In this document: positions 40,345-49,907 of the stretch, in pieces | Numbering within the stretch: position 1 is the first letter of the stretch | Layout: the number at the start of each line of letters is the position of its first letter | From: a bacterium | GTDB taxonomy: Bacteria > Patescibacteriota > Patescibacteriia > UBA9570 | Reading direction: 5' to 3' | Length of the DNA: 64,000 nucleotides | Assembly (NCBI GenBank): GCA_030698395.1 | Contig: JAUYKW010000001.1 | Location: 93,735 to 157,734 of the forward strand | The notes under the pieces: model-generated | What the model was told of the DNA's origin: nothing | The model's input: only the letters and a program-made list of their open reading frames with translations | The model's database searches: none | Translations under genes and position numbers: made by a program

Positions 40345-42900
40345 TTAACTTAATTTTTTTGTTTGAGTAGTTTGCGAAGTTACTGGCAATGCAAAGTAAA
40401 ATGTTGCCCCCTCGCCCTCTTTTCCTTCTGCCCACACTCTGCCACTGTGCCTTTCTATAATTCGCTTAACCGTAACAAGTCCAATGCCCGTGCCTTCAAA
40501 TTCTTCTTGATTGTAAAGACGATGGAAAGCGGTAAATAGTTTATCGATATACTTCATATCAAAGCCGACTCCATTATCTTTTACAGCATAGATTATCTCA
40601 CCTTTTTCAGTCATGAATGTAACATCAATCACTGCCTCTTTTTTATTCTTGGTATATTTGATTGCGTTACTGATCAAGTTTGTCCAGACCTGCGTCATGA
40701 GTGCCGAGTCTACACGGGTTCGAGGAAGCTCCGCGATATTCAATATTATGTTTCGAGAAGGATTAGCACTTTTCAGCTCCTCAAAAATAGTTTTCACCAT
40801 TGCCGTCATTTCGACATCATTCATAGTCATCTCTCCAATGCCCGCTTTAGAAAAGGCCAGTAGATCATCAATAAGCTTGCCCATCAGTTGAGTACTCTGT
40901 CTAATAGAAGAGAGCATCATTTTCCCTTCTTCATCAAGTTTAGGAGCATAATCTTCAACTAACATCTCAGAAAAACCATTGATGGCGACCAGAGGCGCCC
41001 GTAAATCGTGAGATACGGCAGAGCTAAATAGCTCCAGTTCCTTATTGACTGATAATGTTTCTTCTTTGGCTTTTTTTGCCACGGTATAATCACGTGCAAT
41101 AGCAGTAACTCCTAGGACATTACCCTTTTCATCTTTGTACACAGATGCATTGAAAAGCACGTCAGTTAACTGACCTTCTTTTGATTTTATAGTAAGTGAA
41201 TAATCAGTAATAAAGCCATGCTCAAACGATTGTTTATATGCCTCATGTGCTTTTTGAGGATCCGTAAAATAATTGGAAAAATCGCTACCAACGAGAACTT
41301 CTCGAGTAACCCCAGTAACTTTTATAGCAGCCTTGTTCACATCAGTGATCTTCCCTTCAGGGCTAATGGTAATTAACGGGTCCTGACTGACTTCAATCAG
41401 AGATCTGGCGTAGTACAATAGCTTCTTCGTTTCGGTCACGTCACGCGCTACGGCGAAGATGCCACGAACCAACCCTTCAGCATCTTTATATACAGATGCA
41501 TTAAACGAAACATCGGTGATTTTTCCCGATGCATTATGAATAGAAAGCGGAAAATCTCTCACCTCACCCTCTTTAAGAACTTGCCGGTAACCTGCTTGAG
41601 CCTTATGGGGCTCTGTAAAATAAGCGGAAAAATCAGTGCCAATAATCCACTCCCGAGCCACGCCCGTTACCTGTATCATTGCTTCGTTAACGTCAGTAAT
41701 TTTCCCCTCAGGACTAATGGTAATAAACGGATCAACCGATGCTTCAATTAATGAACGAGCGTATGCCGAAGTCTCGTGTAATTGTTCTTCTGCTTCCTTA
41801 CGCAAAGTAACATCACGTGCAGCGGCAAATGCCCCCAACACGTTCCCAAGTCTGTCTTTATACACAGTGGCATTGTATAACACATCAACGTCGCCCAAAG
41901 GATTTTTAATCGTCAACGGATAGTCCCGAACTACCCCCTCTTTAAAAACCTGCTGATACCCCAAACGCGCTTCTTCTGGGTCGGTAAAATAATCGAAGAA
42001 ATCACTACCAATGATCTTTTTACGACTAACACCAGTAACTTTTACCGTCGCTTCATTAACGTCCATAACCTTTCCTTCCGTGCTAATTGTAATAAGCGGG
42101 TCTAAGGACGCTTCAATCAGAGAGCGAGCGTACTCAGAAGCTTGTTTTTGAGCGGTAATATCGCGGGCAGCCGCAAATACTCCAAACACATTTCCTTTTT
42201 CGTCTTTATAAATGGAGGCATTATATAAAACATCAGTGATTTTTCCCGAAACGTGACGAATGGAAAGAGGATAATCTTTGACCTTTCCTTCAGAGAGCAC
42301 CTGTTTATATACCTTACGCGCTTTTTCTGGTTTAACAAAATAATCAGAAAAATCGGTACCAATTAGTTTCTCGCGAACTACTCCCGTTACCTGTATGGTC
42401 GCTTCATTGACGTCCATGATTTTTCCTTCAGCGCTGATGGTAACGAGCGGATCAACCGATGCCTCAATAAGAGAACGTAAATATCCGGCTACACGTTTTT
42501 CCTTTGAAATATCACGGTTAATTTCAGAAGAGCCTATCACCTCTGCAACCGCATCTTTGATTGGGGAAATACTCAAAGAAACATCAATAATAGTACCATC
42601 CTTTTTTTTTCTTTGGGTTTCATAATGCTCAATATGCAACCCATTTTTAATTTTTAAACGAATATCTGCGTGTTCCTGTAGAAGTTCCTGAGGGTATAAT
42701 ACAATTATAGGCTGCCCGATAATTTCTTTCTCAGTATAGCCAAACATCTTTTCAGCTCCTTTATTCCAACTCTTGACTATTCCCTCCAACGTCACACCTA
42801 AAATCGCGTCATCAGAAGATTGGACAATGGCCGCTAAAAAGGAAGTGTCCATCTTATCGGTTATTGCCTTTTTAGGAATTTTTTTTGGTGTTATTACCAT
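40345..42900 (-). CDS. Cytoplasmic multi-PAS sensor histidine kinase (5 PAS domains)
   Basis: One PAS domain plus four similar Y(A/L)RSLIE...DP..TIS.EGKI.DVN repeats; SHDLRAP H-box, NLISNAIKY, DNGVGF, GTGIGL. Confidence 0.95.
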   Translation of the reverse strand: MVITPKKIPKKAITDKMDTSFLAAIVQSSDDAILGVTLEGIVKSWNKGAEKMFGYTEKEIIGQPIIVLYPQELLQEHADIRLKIKNGLHIEHYETQRKKKDGTIIDVSLSISPIKDAVAEVIGSSEINRDISKEKRVAGYLRSLIEASVDPLVTISAEGKIMDVNEATIQVTGVVREKLIGTDFSDYFVKPEKARKVYKQVLSEGKVKDYPLSIRHVSGKITDVLYNASIYKDEKGNVFGVFAAARDITAQKQASEYARSLIEASLDPLITISTEGKVMDVNEATVKVTGVSRKKIIGSDFFDYFTDPEEARLGYQQVFKEGVVRDYPLTIKNPLGDVDVLYNATVYKDRLGNVLGAFAAARDVTLRKEAEEQLHETSAYARSLIEASVDPFITISPEGKITDVNEAMIQVTGVAREWIIGTDFSAYFTEPHKAQAGYRQVLKEGEVRDFPLSIHNASGKITDVSFNASVYKDAEGLVRGIFAVARDVTETKKLLYYARSLIEVSQDPLITISPEGKITDVNKAAIKVTGVTREVLVGSDFSNYFTDPQKAHEAYKQSFEHGFITDYSLTIKSKEGQLTDVLFNASVYKDEKGNVLGVTAIARDYTVAKKAKEETLSVNKELELFSSAVSHDLRAPLVAINGFSEMLVEDYAPKLDEEGKMMLSSIRQSTQLMGKLIDDLLAFSKAGIGEMTMNDVEMTAMVKTIFEELKSANPSRNIILNIAELPRTRVDSALMTQVWTNLISNAIKYTKNKKEAVIDVTFMTEKGEIIYAVKDNGVGFDMKYIDKLFTAFHRLYNQEEFEGTGIGLVTVKRIIERHSGRVWAEGKEGEGATFYFALPVTSQTTQTKKLS

Positions 42901-43031
42901 AAGATTAAATACATATACTATTATTATAACAAACTTTTAAAACTTAATACATTGGGATAAAACTAACACTCCTACCAAGAAATCAAAGAAAAAACCCGTA
43001 CGAATTCTTCCCTTAATTCCAAATAAAAAAA

Positions 43032-43526
43032 TCAACGCTTGATAGAAATAATGTCCTCTTCTGCCCCACATGCTACAACAGTAACATTGCCATTTCTTGA
43101 TACACTCAATGTATATCCAGTTGCTCCAACTGCGGGGCTATATAAACCAGAACCATCTGGATCAAATGGCATTGTAACTAAAAAGCCTTCTGATATTAAA
43201 GCGGAAAAATCTGTACAGTAATCAACGTTACAACTATTAATTATACAATCAGGGCTAGTTTGAGTTGCAATCATGTGAACATCCCCATTTGCTTGTACTC
43301 CAGGAATATATGCGCCTTCATGCTTTTCTGAATAATCAAAGAAAGCATTTAGCAAGGCATATGCATCTTCTCGCCTTGTTTCATCCTGAGCTAAATCTAT
43401 TTTTTGCTCCGGATTAATTGCAATAAATGCCACGGCCCCTAACAGTACTAACACTCCAACTACCAGAAAAATTTCTATACTCGTATAACCATTTTTAAAA
43501 CCAAAAGATTTTATTTTATAACCCAT
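43032..43526 (-). CDS. Type IV pilin/pseudopilin-like protein
   Basis: Class III signal KNG|YTSIEIFLVVGVLVLLG...AINP; QDETRRED; Cys-containing head; MPFDP...TGYT. Confidence 0.88.
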   Translation of the reverse strand: MGYKIKSFGFKNGYTSIEIFLVVGVLVLLGAVAFIAINPEQKIDLAQDETRREDAYALLNAFFDYSEKHEGAYIPGVQANGDVHMIATQTSPDCIINSCNVDYCTDFSALISEGFLVTMPFDPDGSGLYSPAVGATGYTLSVSRNGNVTVVACGAEEDIISIKR

Positions 43527-43532
43527 AAGGTT

Positions 43533-43934
43533 TTATGACTTAGCAACTTTTTCCAACATCTCAGTAACACTAGCCATCACTTTATGCATTGAAAAATTAC
43601 TTTTAACAATATATTGATCTGCTCCTAATTCTTTTGCTCTTTCAATATCATTATCTTGCCCTAAATTCGAAAGAATTAAAACTGGAATATTTTTCAATTT
43701 ATCATCATTCTTTAATTCTTCTAATACTTCAAAGCCATTCATCTTTGGTAAAATCATATCTAATAAAATAAGATCTGGCTGATCATCTTTAATTTTTTGC
43801 AAGGCTTCTACTCCGTTACTTGCCACGATTATTTTTTTGAATCCTTCATCATTTAATCTCTCTGCCAGAATTTTTGATAAAAAAGATTCATCTTCAACAA
43901 CAATGATAGAATAGTCTTGTGGTTTTATATTCAT
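43533..43934 (-). CDS. Single-domain response regulator
   Basis: IIVVEDE, PDLILLDMILP, LILSNL, YIVK. Confidence 0.93.
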   Translation of the reverse strand: MNIKPQDYSIIVVEDESFLSKILAERLNDEGFKKIIVASNGVEALQKIKDDQPDLILLDMILPKMNGFEVLEELKNDDKLKNIPVLILSNLGQDNDIERAKELGADQYIVKSNFSMHKVMASVTEMLEKVAKS

Positions 43935-45083
43935 CTATGCTTTTTTATTATTAAATGGTAATGAAAAGTAAATTGTTGTTCCTTCATCTTTTACAGATTC
44001 AATCCTAACATCTCCATTATGCAACAAAATTATCTGTCGGGCAATATAAAGGCCTAAACCAGAGCCCTCGGTTTGTGATTCTATTGCATTATCCGACCGA
44101 AAGAACTTCTCAAAAATATGGGCAATATCTTTACTAGGAATACCAATTCCTTCATCTTTAACCCAATATTCAATAGCGTCAGCGTTCTGCTCAGCACCAA
44201 TTGTTATTGTATGATGACCCGATTTAGTATATTTAATAGCATTGCTTAAGAAATTTATAATAACCTCTCTTATCTTGCCCTTATCAGCATAAACCAACGG
44301 GATGTCCTTGGATATTGTATTATGTAATTCTATATTATGTGCTTTCGCAAAATGAACCATCTCCTTAATTGCTTCATCAAATAGCACTCTAAGATTTAGC
44401 TCTTCCGGATGAACATCAATCCGTCCCGACTCTAATCTGGACACATTTAATAAATCGTTTATTAAATCTATCATGCGTTCATTACTTTGATATGATTGTT
44501 GCAACTTTGATATCTGCCAGGCATTCAATTCTTTGCCATGTCTATTATCCAACAAAGCCTCAATATACCACTTCACTGTGGACGCAGGTGTCCGAAGTTG
44601 GTGCGACACAATAGATACAAACTCAGATTTTAATCGCATTAACTCTTTTTCTTGACTAATATCCCGAAAGATAACTGTCATTCCTGCAATAGTACCATCT
44701 GCTAAATGCATGGGTGCAGCGCTGTAGCTAATAGAAAAAACTTTACCATCATGTAATTCTACAGAATAATCAGAAACTTGATTATGAGTGCTACCTTGCT
44801 CGGCAACATCTTCTAATGGCCAGGAAACAATATCACCATCCTGATTTACTAATTTCATCAACTCATCAATTTTTTTATCATTATAACTATGCGCGATACT
44901 TCTAGTTATCGTCTCTGCAGCATTATTCATGTAATGAATATCCAGTTCTTTATCTAAAATAATCACACCCTCCATGATGCTATCTAGAATAGCCTTAGAA
45001 AGAGTTTGATTTAATATAGTATCTATCTCGGATATCAGAGCATCCGGATTATTTTCCTTTTTGTTCTTACTAGCAGTGCTCAT
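43935..45083 (-). CDS. PAS-domain sensor histidine kinase
   Basis: PAS; SHQLRTP H-box; NFLSNAIKY; DEGIGI; GSGLGL. Confidence 0.95.
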   Translation of the reverse strand: MSTASKNKKENNPDALISEIDTILNQTLSKAILDSIMEGVIILDKELDIHYMNNAAETITRSIAHSYNDKKIDELMKLVNQDGDIVSWPLEDVAEQGSTHNQVSDYSVELHDGKVFSISYSAAPMHLADGTIAGMTVIFRDISQEKELMRLKSEFVSIVSHQLRTPASTVKWYIEALLDNRHGKELNAWQISKLQQSYQSNERMIDLINDLLNVSRLESGRIDVHPEELNLRVLFDEAIKEMVHFAKAHNIELHNTISKDIPLVYADKGKIREVIINFLSNAIKYTKSGHHTITIGAEQNADAIEYWVKDEGIGIPSKDIAHIFEKFFRSDNAIESQTEGSGLGLYIARQIILLHNGDVRIESVKDEGTTIYFSLPFNNKKA

Positions 45084-45169
45084 AATTTCGTTGATTATAT
45101 CAGAAAATATGCAAAAACTCTACTAAAAAAAGACCCAGTAACAATATTGCTTGCCAGCCAAATTTCTAA

Positions 45170-45625
45170 CTATAATTGAACTTGTAAAGACTTCTTATAC
45201 TGCTGTAAAGCTTTTATTTGACGTTGATTTAAGTGTATCTCTGGCCTGCGTCCTTTTATCAATGCAACTGCCTCATCAATGCCCATTCCCTGAGCAATAA
45301 AATAGGCTACTAACATTGTAGGACTCCTTCCATGCCCAAATTTACAATGGATATAAACCTTATTTTTATTTAGCACAACTCTTTCAATAAATTTCACTCC
45401 CACCCGCAATTGTTTCAAACTAGGAGGAAACTTATCTGTAACAGGAAGTAATAAATAATATACTAAATCCTTTGGATGTTCATGTTGTTCCTTTTCTAAA
45501 CTCAGGTCTGCTACAAGCCCAATTTTATTTAACTTACTATAATGCATAGTACAACACATATTTGTTCCTAAAAAAATATCTGGGGTAATCTGATTGTACT
45601 CCATCTTTACATGATTCTTTTTCAT
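45170..45625 (-). CDS. Dual-specificity protein phosphatase
   Basis: Active-site VYIHCKFGHGRS. Confidence 0.92.
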   Translation of the reverse strand: MKKNHVKMEYNQITPDIFLGTNMCCTMHYSKLNKIGLVADLSLEKEQHEHPKDLVYYLLLPVTDKFPPSLKQLRVGVKFIERVVLNKNKVYIHCKFGHGRSPTMLVAYFIAQGMGIDEAVALIKGRRPEIHLNQRQIKALQQYKKSLQVQL

Positions 45626-45629
45626 ATTT

Positions 45630-46181
45630 TCACTGTTTCCATTTAATTGAACAACCCATTGATGATTTTTGATTTTCATTCGGCACTTCTCCTTTTAACA
45701 ACACATCCAATGCATCTTGTAATTCATGAGTTTCTGCCACATCATCTTTGGTACGAACATTATTCACTCTCCCATGATATCTTAATCTTCTAGCTGAATC
45801 AAAAACATAAATATCTGGAGTACACTGAGCTTGATATGCTTTAGCAACTTCCTGTGATTCATCATATAAATATGGAAAAGGATATTCCATGTCCGTTGCT
45901 CTCTTCTGCATAGCTACAAATGAATCATCTACGTATGTAGTAGCATCGTTCGAGTTGATAGCTACAAATGCTACGTCTGCAACTGAATACTTATGCGCTA
46001 ACTCCAGCAAGTATGGCTCTGTTGCCTGCGCATACGGACAATGATTGCAGGTAAAAACAACTACAAGATTTTTCGATTCTTTGAATGATTCCACTGAATG
46101 TACGACACCATCAACTCCAGGTAAAGAAAATGGGATGATATCTGATCCTAATGGTAAATTCAACGATGATAATAGTGTCAT
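45630..46181 (-). CDS. Thioredoxin-fold (AhpC/TSA-like) protein
   Basis: FTCNHCPY, AINSND, FPYLYDESQEVAKAY.A.CTPD, GCSIKW. Confidence 0.93.
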   Translation of the reverse strand: MTLLSSLNLPLGSDIIPFSLPGVDGVVHSVESFKESKNLVVVFTCNHCPYAQATEPYLLELAHKYSVADVAFVAINSNDATTYVDDSFVAMQKRATDMEYPFPYLYDESQEVAKAYQAQCTPDIYVFDSARRLRYHGRVNNVRTKDDVAETHELQDALDVLLKGEVPNENQKSSMGCSIKWKQ

Positions 46182-46216
46182 GCCTGTATTATAGCACAAC
46201 ACCTTTGCTATTACTG

Positions 46217-47800
46217 TTATTTCTTGATAGGTAATGGCTCCTTTAATAACGCAGGAACAGCATAAACAGTATTCATAACTTCAACACTTTGATTGCCATC
46301 CTGATCATACTTAAATGCCCCAGTTTTTCTTTGGACAGCCTTTAAAAAATTATAACCGTGCCGTTTATTTCTAGAATATTTACCAGGTTTTTTACCAACA
46401 CTTTTTATTGCCTGTAAAGCAACTGCAGTAGTTGATGAATTTGATACAACTTTTTGCGTAGACGACCTCTGATATGACCATCCTCCATCTAAATTTTGTT
46501 GTTTCTTTATAAATTGTAATGTTATTCTACGAACATTCTTGGATCGCACACCAGTAACATCGTCCTGCCCTCTCACTGCACCTAGTAACTGTAAATAATA
46601 AGCTGTCGTGTCTACATCACTTTCTTCAGCGTTTACAGAAAAAGAAACTCCACCATCATCATTGATACTTTTATTTGTATACGTTAAAGCCTGCGCTAGC
46701 GCCTCTGAATTAAAAGGTTCATCAGCTGCTAACAATGCTAGCCCAGCAAATATATCATCATTCACATATAACTTAGAACCAAATTGGTTTGCTGTTCTTG
46801 TTCTCTTTAAACGTTTTACAAAATCAATTCCATTTACGTCACGTGAATCTTGACCAAGTGCTTCAAGTGCTAAAATGTGTCTGGCCAGCTCCAAGGCTCC
46901 AGATGAAACTGTTGGCTCATACTTTAATACCGCTTGTTCTATATCACCATTTGTTTGATCCGCAGACGCTAAAGCTATTGCAGTCCATTCTGTTGTAGAT
47001 TGTGATCCTGACACCATTCCATTTTCATCCAGCTGACTCAATAAATAATCTATTCCAGAATTTGCCATGGTTTCCTTATCGGACTTTGCTAATTTTTTTA
47101 ATGTAGAATTCTTTTTCATCGTCCGAATCGTCGCAGTATTAGAACGTGTGTACCCACTATTAATTGCATACACATCAATATCTCCACCAGATGATGTTGG
47201 TGTATATTCCGCATAACCATCTGCATTAGTTGTTACAACCTCATTGCCAAACATTACTGACATTCCTTCAGCTGGCTCAAAAGCTCCACTAACATCACTA
47301 TATTCCTTTACTCGTGCAGAAATTGATTGGCCAGGTGTTATTTGCTTCTTGCGTACACGTAATTTTAAAGGTGTATTTGGCCATGAACCAAAAGTTAGTA
47401 AAATCTCATCGCCATCAGTTACTTGATAATCTGCCAATCCAACAGCTGCAGATTCAAAATTCACATAAAACAACCAAAAATTTGAATCAGATTCATATGT
47501 ATCAATCTGATTCAAATACAAACCAAATGAACTATCTTTCATAACGTAATCAAAACCTCCGTCCATAGCTGCAGCATCGAGCATGCATACTGCAGTAGCA
47601 CTATCAATAACGTGCTCTGCACCATCACTATCAGTTATCGTACAACCATTTGAATAAACGGAACTATTGTAAAACGTACCATCTGGAGTTTCAATACGAA
47701 CATTAGCACCAACATACTCTGCTGCAACTGCGGTTTGTGCAATGCCTGCAAAAAATATTACCGTACAACTGATTGATAAATACTTAAGAAAATTTTTCAT
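46217..47800 (-). CDS. Secreted DUF4430 (transcobalamin beta-domain-like) + Ig-like + alpha/alpha-barrel (prenyltransferase-repeat) protein
   Basis: SFGLYLNQI...FWLFYVN...A.VG...Y....GDEILL; NDDIFAGLAL, SDVDTTA, QNLDGGW, NSSTTAVALQA. Confidence 0.8.
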   Translation of the reverse strand: MKNFLKYLSISCTVIFFAGIAQTAVAAEYVGANVRIETPDGTFYNSSVYSNGCTITDSDGAEHVIDSATAVCMLDAAAMDGGFDYVMKDSSFGLYLNQIDTYESDSNFWLFYVNFESAAVGLADYQVTDGDEILLTFGSWPNTPLKLRVRKKQITPGQSISARVKEYSDVSGAFEPAEGMSVMFGNEVVTTNADGYAEYTPTSSGGDIDVYAINSGYTRSNTATIRTMKKNSTLKKLAKSDKETMANSGIDYLLSQLDENGMVSGSQSTTEWTAIALASADQTNGDIEQAVLKYEPTVSSGALELARHILALEALGQDSRDVNGIDFVKRLKRTRTANQFGSKLYVNDDIFAGLALLAADEPFNSEALAQALTYTNKSINDDGGVSFSVNAEESDVDTTAYYLQLLGAVRGQDDVTGVRSKNVRRITLQFIKKQQNLDGGWSYQRSSTQKVVSNSSTTAVALQAIKSVGKKPGKYSRNKRHGYNFLKAVQRKTGAFKYDQDGNQSVEVMNTVYAVPALLKEPLPIKK

Positions 47801-47820
47801 ATCTATTATTACTTAATTTA

Positions 47821-48573
47821 TTATTTTTCAAACTTCCAACCAATAACATCGCCATCAAATACCTTTTGAGAAGAGATACCAGCAGAAGCTAGCGAATTAT
47901 TAATATAAAACTTCCAATAAATACCTGCTTTTTCATCGGAAGAAACACCACCAATCGATTCCACGAAATTTCCTAAACCAGGAAAATTTGTCGCGCTGTA
48001 TTTAAAGCCTTCTTTACGCGCTGTTAGCATTACATCTTCTGCAGTATCACCTGCTGTTACGTCCAATGCAAAATTATAGCTCACACCAGGACCACTTGCT
48101 GTAAGTTGTACAGTAATTGTCTCTACAAACTCTTCTTCTTGATCATTACTCTCACCAACATCTGTTTCGCTTGCCTCGTTAATAGGTTCTGTAATAATCT
48201 CTTCTATTACTACTATATCAGTATTGATTTCTGCATCTTGATCTATCTCTGCTGATAAATCTACTTGCGCCAACTCCTCTACAACACTTGTTTCCGAAAT
48301 AGATTCCTCTATATATTCACTTGCACTATCCAAATCCACAACTTCTTCAATAACTATCTCCTCGGCCCCAACTTCCAACTCCTGCTCAATTACTTCAGCT
48401 GATAATGGATCAGCTTCTACTTCGTAACTCTCACTATTATCCAATTTATTCAATCCTGAGGATTCCTGATGAGATAATGTAGGATCAGCCTGTTGCCACA
48501 ATAAAAAACTAGCAGTAACAACTATAGTTAAAACTATGAATATCTGAATTAATAATGTAATTTTTTTGTTCAT
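47821..48573 (-). CDS. Membrane-anchored DUF4430 (transcobalamin-like C-terminal) protein with acidic stalk
   Basis: N-terminal TM; GLGNFVESIGG...YWKFYINN..A.AGIS...V.DGDVI.WKF. Start ATG 48573; the longer ORF overlaps the riboswitch leader. Confidence 0.85.
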   Translation of the reverse strand: MNKKITLLIQIFIVLTIVVTASFLLWQQADPTLSHQESSGLNKLDNSESYEVEADPLSAEVIEQELEVGAEEIVIEEVVDLDSASEYIEESISETSVVEELAQVDLSAEIDQDAEINTDIVVIEEIITEPINEASETDVGESNDQEEEFVETITVQLTASGPGVSYNFALDVTAGDTAEDVMLTARKEGFKYSATNFPGLGNFVESIGGVSSDEKAGIYWKFYINNSLASAGISSQKVFDGDVIGWKFEK

Positions 48574-48600
48574 AAAAAATCCTGCTTGAAGCAGGTTTTT
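48574..48600 (-). terminator. Riboswitch-controlled intrinsic terminator
   Basis: CCTGCT-TCA-AGCAGG-ATTTTTT directly before the ATG; upstream GAGCAGG (~48652-48646) can act as antiterminator. Confidence 0.7.
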
Positions 48601-48669
48601 GTAAGCAATTTGAATTGGAATAATCACAGATTGCATACATCAACTCCTGCTCGAGAGTAAAATAGATGT

Positions 48670-48845
48670 TAAATTCAGGTATTCTGGCTTCCTGTTCATT
48701 TTTTGTCAGAAAAATGTCCAAGTTACAGTTGCGGCACAGCCCCAGTTCTAATATTTAGAACTAAGCTTATACATTATAAAATAATTATGCATAAGTCCGG
48801 ATTTCTCATCTTTTACGATGCATCACCGGATTCCCCTGAGTGTTT
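48670..48845 (-). promoter_or_regulatory. Cobalamin (B12) riboswitch, atypical with insertions
   Basis: Minus strand TCAGGGGAATCCGGTG...AAATCCGGA...GCTGTGCCGCAACTGTAA...AAGCCAGAATACCTGA (B12 box). Promoter TTGACA (48902-48897), 17 nt, TAACAT upstream. Confidence 0.85.
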
Positions 48846-48948
48846 TTTAAAGATCCCTTTAATAGGTAACGATTATGTTAAGTGAAAAAATATAATGTGT
48901 CAAGGAATGGATTATGATATTTTTAAAAATAGAGTTATACTTGATGAT

Positions 48949-49815
48949 ATGACTAATCAAACCCCAATCAATAAGGGTGCAACTGCACCTGCCAGAAAAA
49001 AATCTAGTATAGAACCAACCGCGACGCCCAACTCAAAGGCTTTGTACGTAACTTTAAGCATCATAATAGTAGGCCTAGTAGGTTTAATCGGCTGGTTTAT
49101 ATATTTACTCATTACAGCTGATTCCGAAGATGAAACAGCAGTAAAAAATACGAATACAGAAATCGTAACAACTACTAACACTAACGTTAACACCAACTAC
49201 AATTATAATACGAATACAAAAACAGTTGCAGATTTAGAACCATCATTAAATATTGATGATACGGAATTATTTGATCTTGATGAAAAGCTGGATAAAATTG
49301 AAGATACAGATATTATGGGCGCTGATGATCTTTCTGAACTAGACGATAAAATTAAAAAAGACGAACTTAAAGATGACGAAGAAAATGCGGATGATACAAA
49401 AACTAGTGAAGAAGGTGAAACAATCACGTTATACTTTCCAACATCAACCTCTGATTGTGGTGAAGTACAAGCAGTTGAACGCACTGTAGAGCTTGGGGAT
49501 GACCCATATGGGGAAACTATCCTAACTATGATGCATGGCCCAAATAGCGACGAATCGGACTACAGTGATGGAATTCCAGCATCAGTTGGATTACGCCAAG
49601 TTGAATACACTGCTGACGGCGCGTTAATCACTGTAAATGAGGGATATAATGATCTTGATAGTTGTACGCAACAAACAGTTAATGCTCAATTCATAGAAAC
49701 TGCAAATGCAATGTTCGATCTACCAGCAGGAACTAGTGGAACAGTTGAAGTAGGTACGGTGGAAGATGAAGAATCAGATGATTCAAAAGTTGAAGCGGTA
49801 GACGAAACAGAATAA
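48949..49815 (+). CDS. Single-TM protein with GerMN-like domain
   Basis: TM, Asn/Thr and acidic stalk, ITLYF....CGEVQAVERTV...MHGP...IP. Confidence 0.7.
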   Translation: MTNQTPINKGATAPARKKSSIEPTATPNSKALYVTLSIIIVGLVGLIGWFIYLLITADSEDETAVKNTNTEIVTTTNTNVNTNYNYNTNTKTVADLEPSLNIDDTELFDLDEKLDKIEDTDIMGADDLSELDDKIKKDELKDDEENADDTKTSEEGETITLYFPTSTSDCGEVQAVERTVELGDDPYGETILTMMHGPNSDESDYSDGIPASVGLRQVEYTADGALITVNEGYNDLDSCTQQTVNAQFIETANAMFDLPAGTSGTVEVGTVEDEESDDSKVEAVDETE

Positions 49816-49830
49816 ACATTTTAGCAAACA

Positions 49831-49893
49831 AAAAACACATGCCGTATGGTGTAGCGACGCGATAAATCGCGTCGCTACGTAGCATGTGTTTTT
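49831..49893. repeat. GTAG-type REP-like palindrome (49851-49878) nested in a bidirectional terminator hairpin
   Basis: GTAGCGACGCGAT-AA-ATCGCGTCGCTAC inside AAAAACACATGC...GCATGTGTTTTT, between convergent genes. Confidence 0.8.
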
Positions 49894-49907
49894 ATATTAA
49901 GATTTTT

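Noticed and set aside
39758-43122. Pilin 3' repeat as a DGR template/variable repeat pair
   Set aside because: Mismatches are not confined to adenines in either copy (GGG/GGT, GCA/GTA, ATT/ATC) and there is no reverse transcriptase in the window.
48574-48636. N-terminal extension of ORF 47821..48636
   Set aside because: It overlaps the riboswitch terminator; ATG 48573 gives a normal basic-then-hydrophobic N-terminus.
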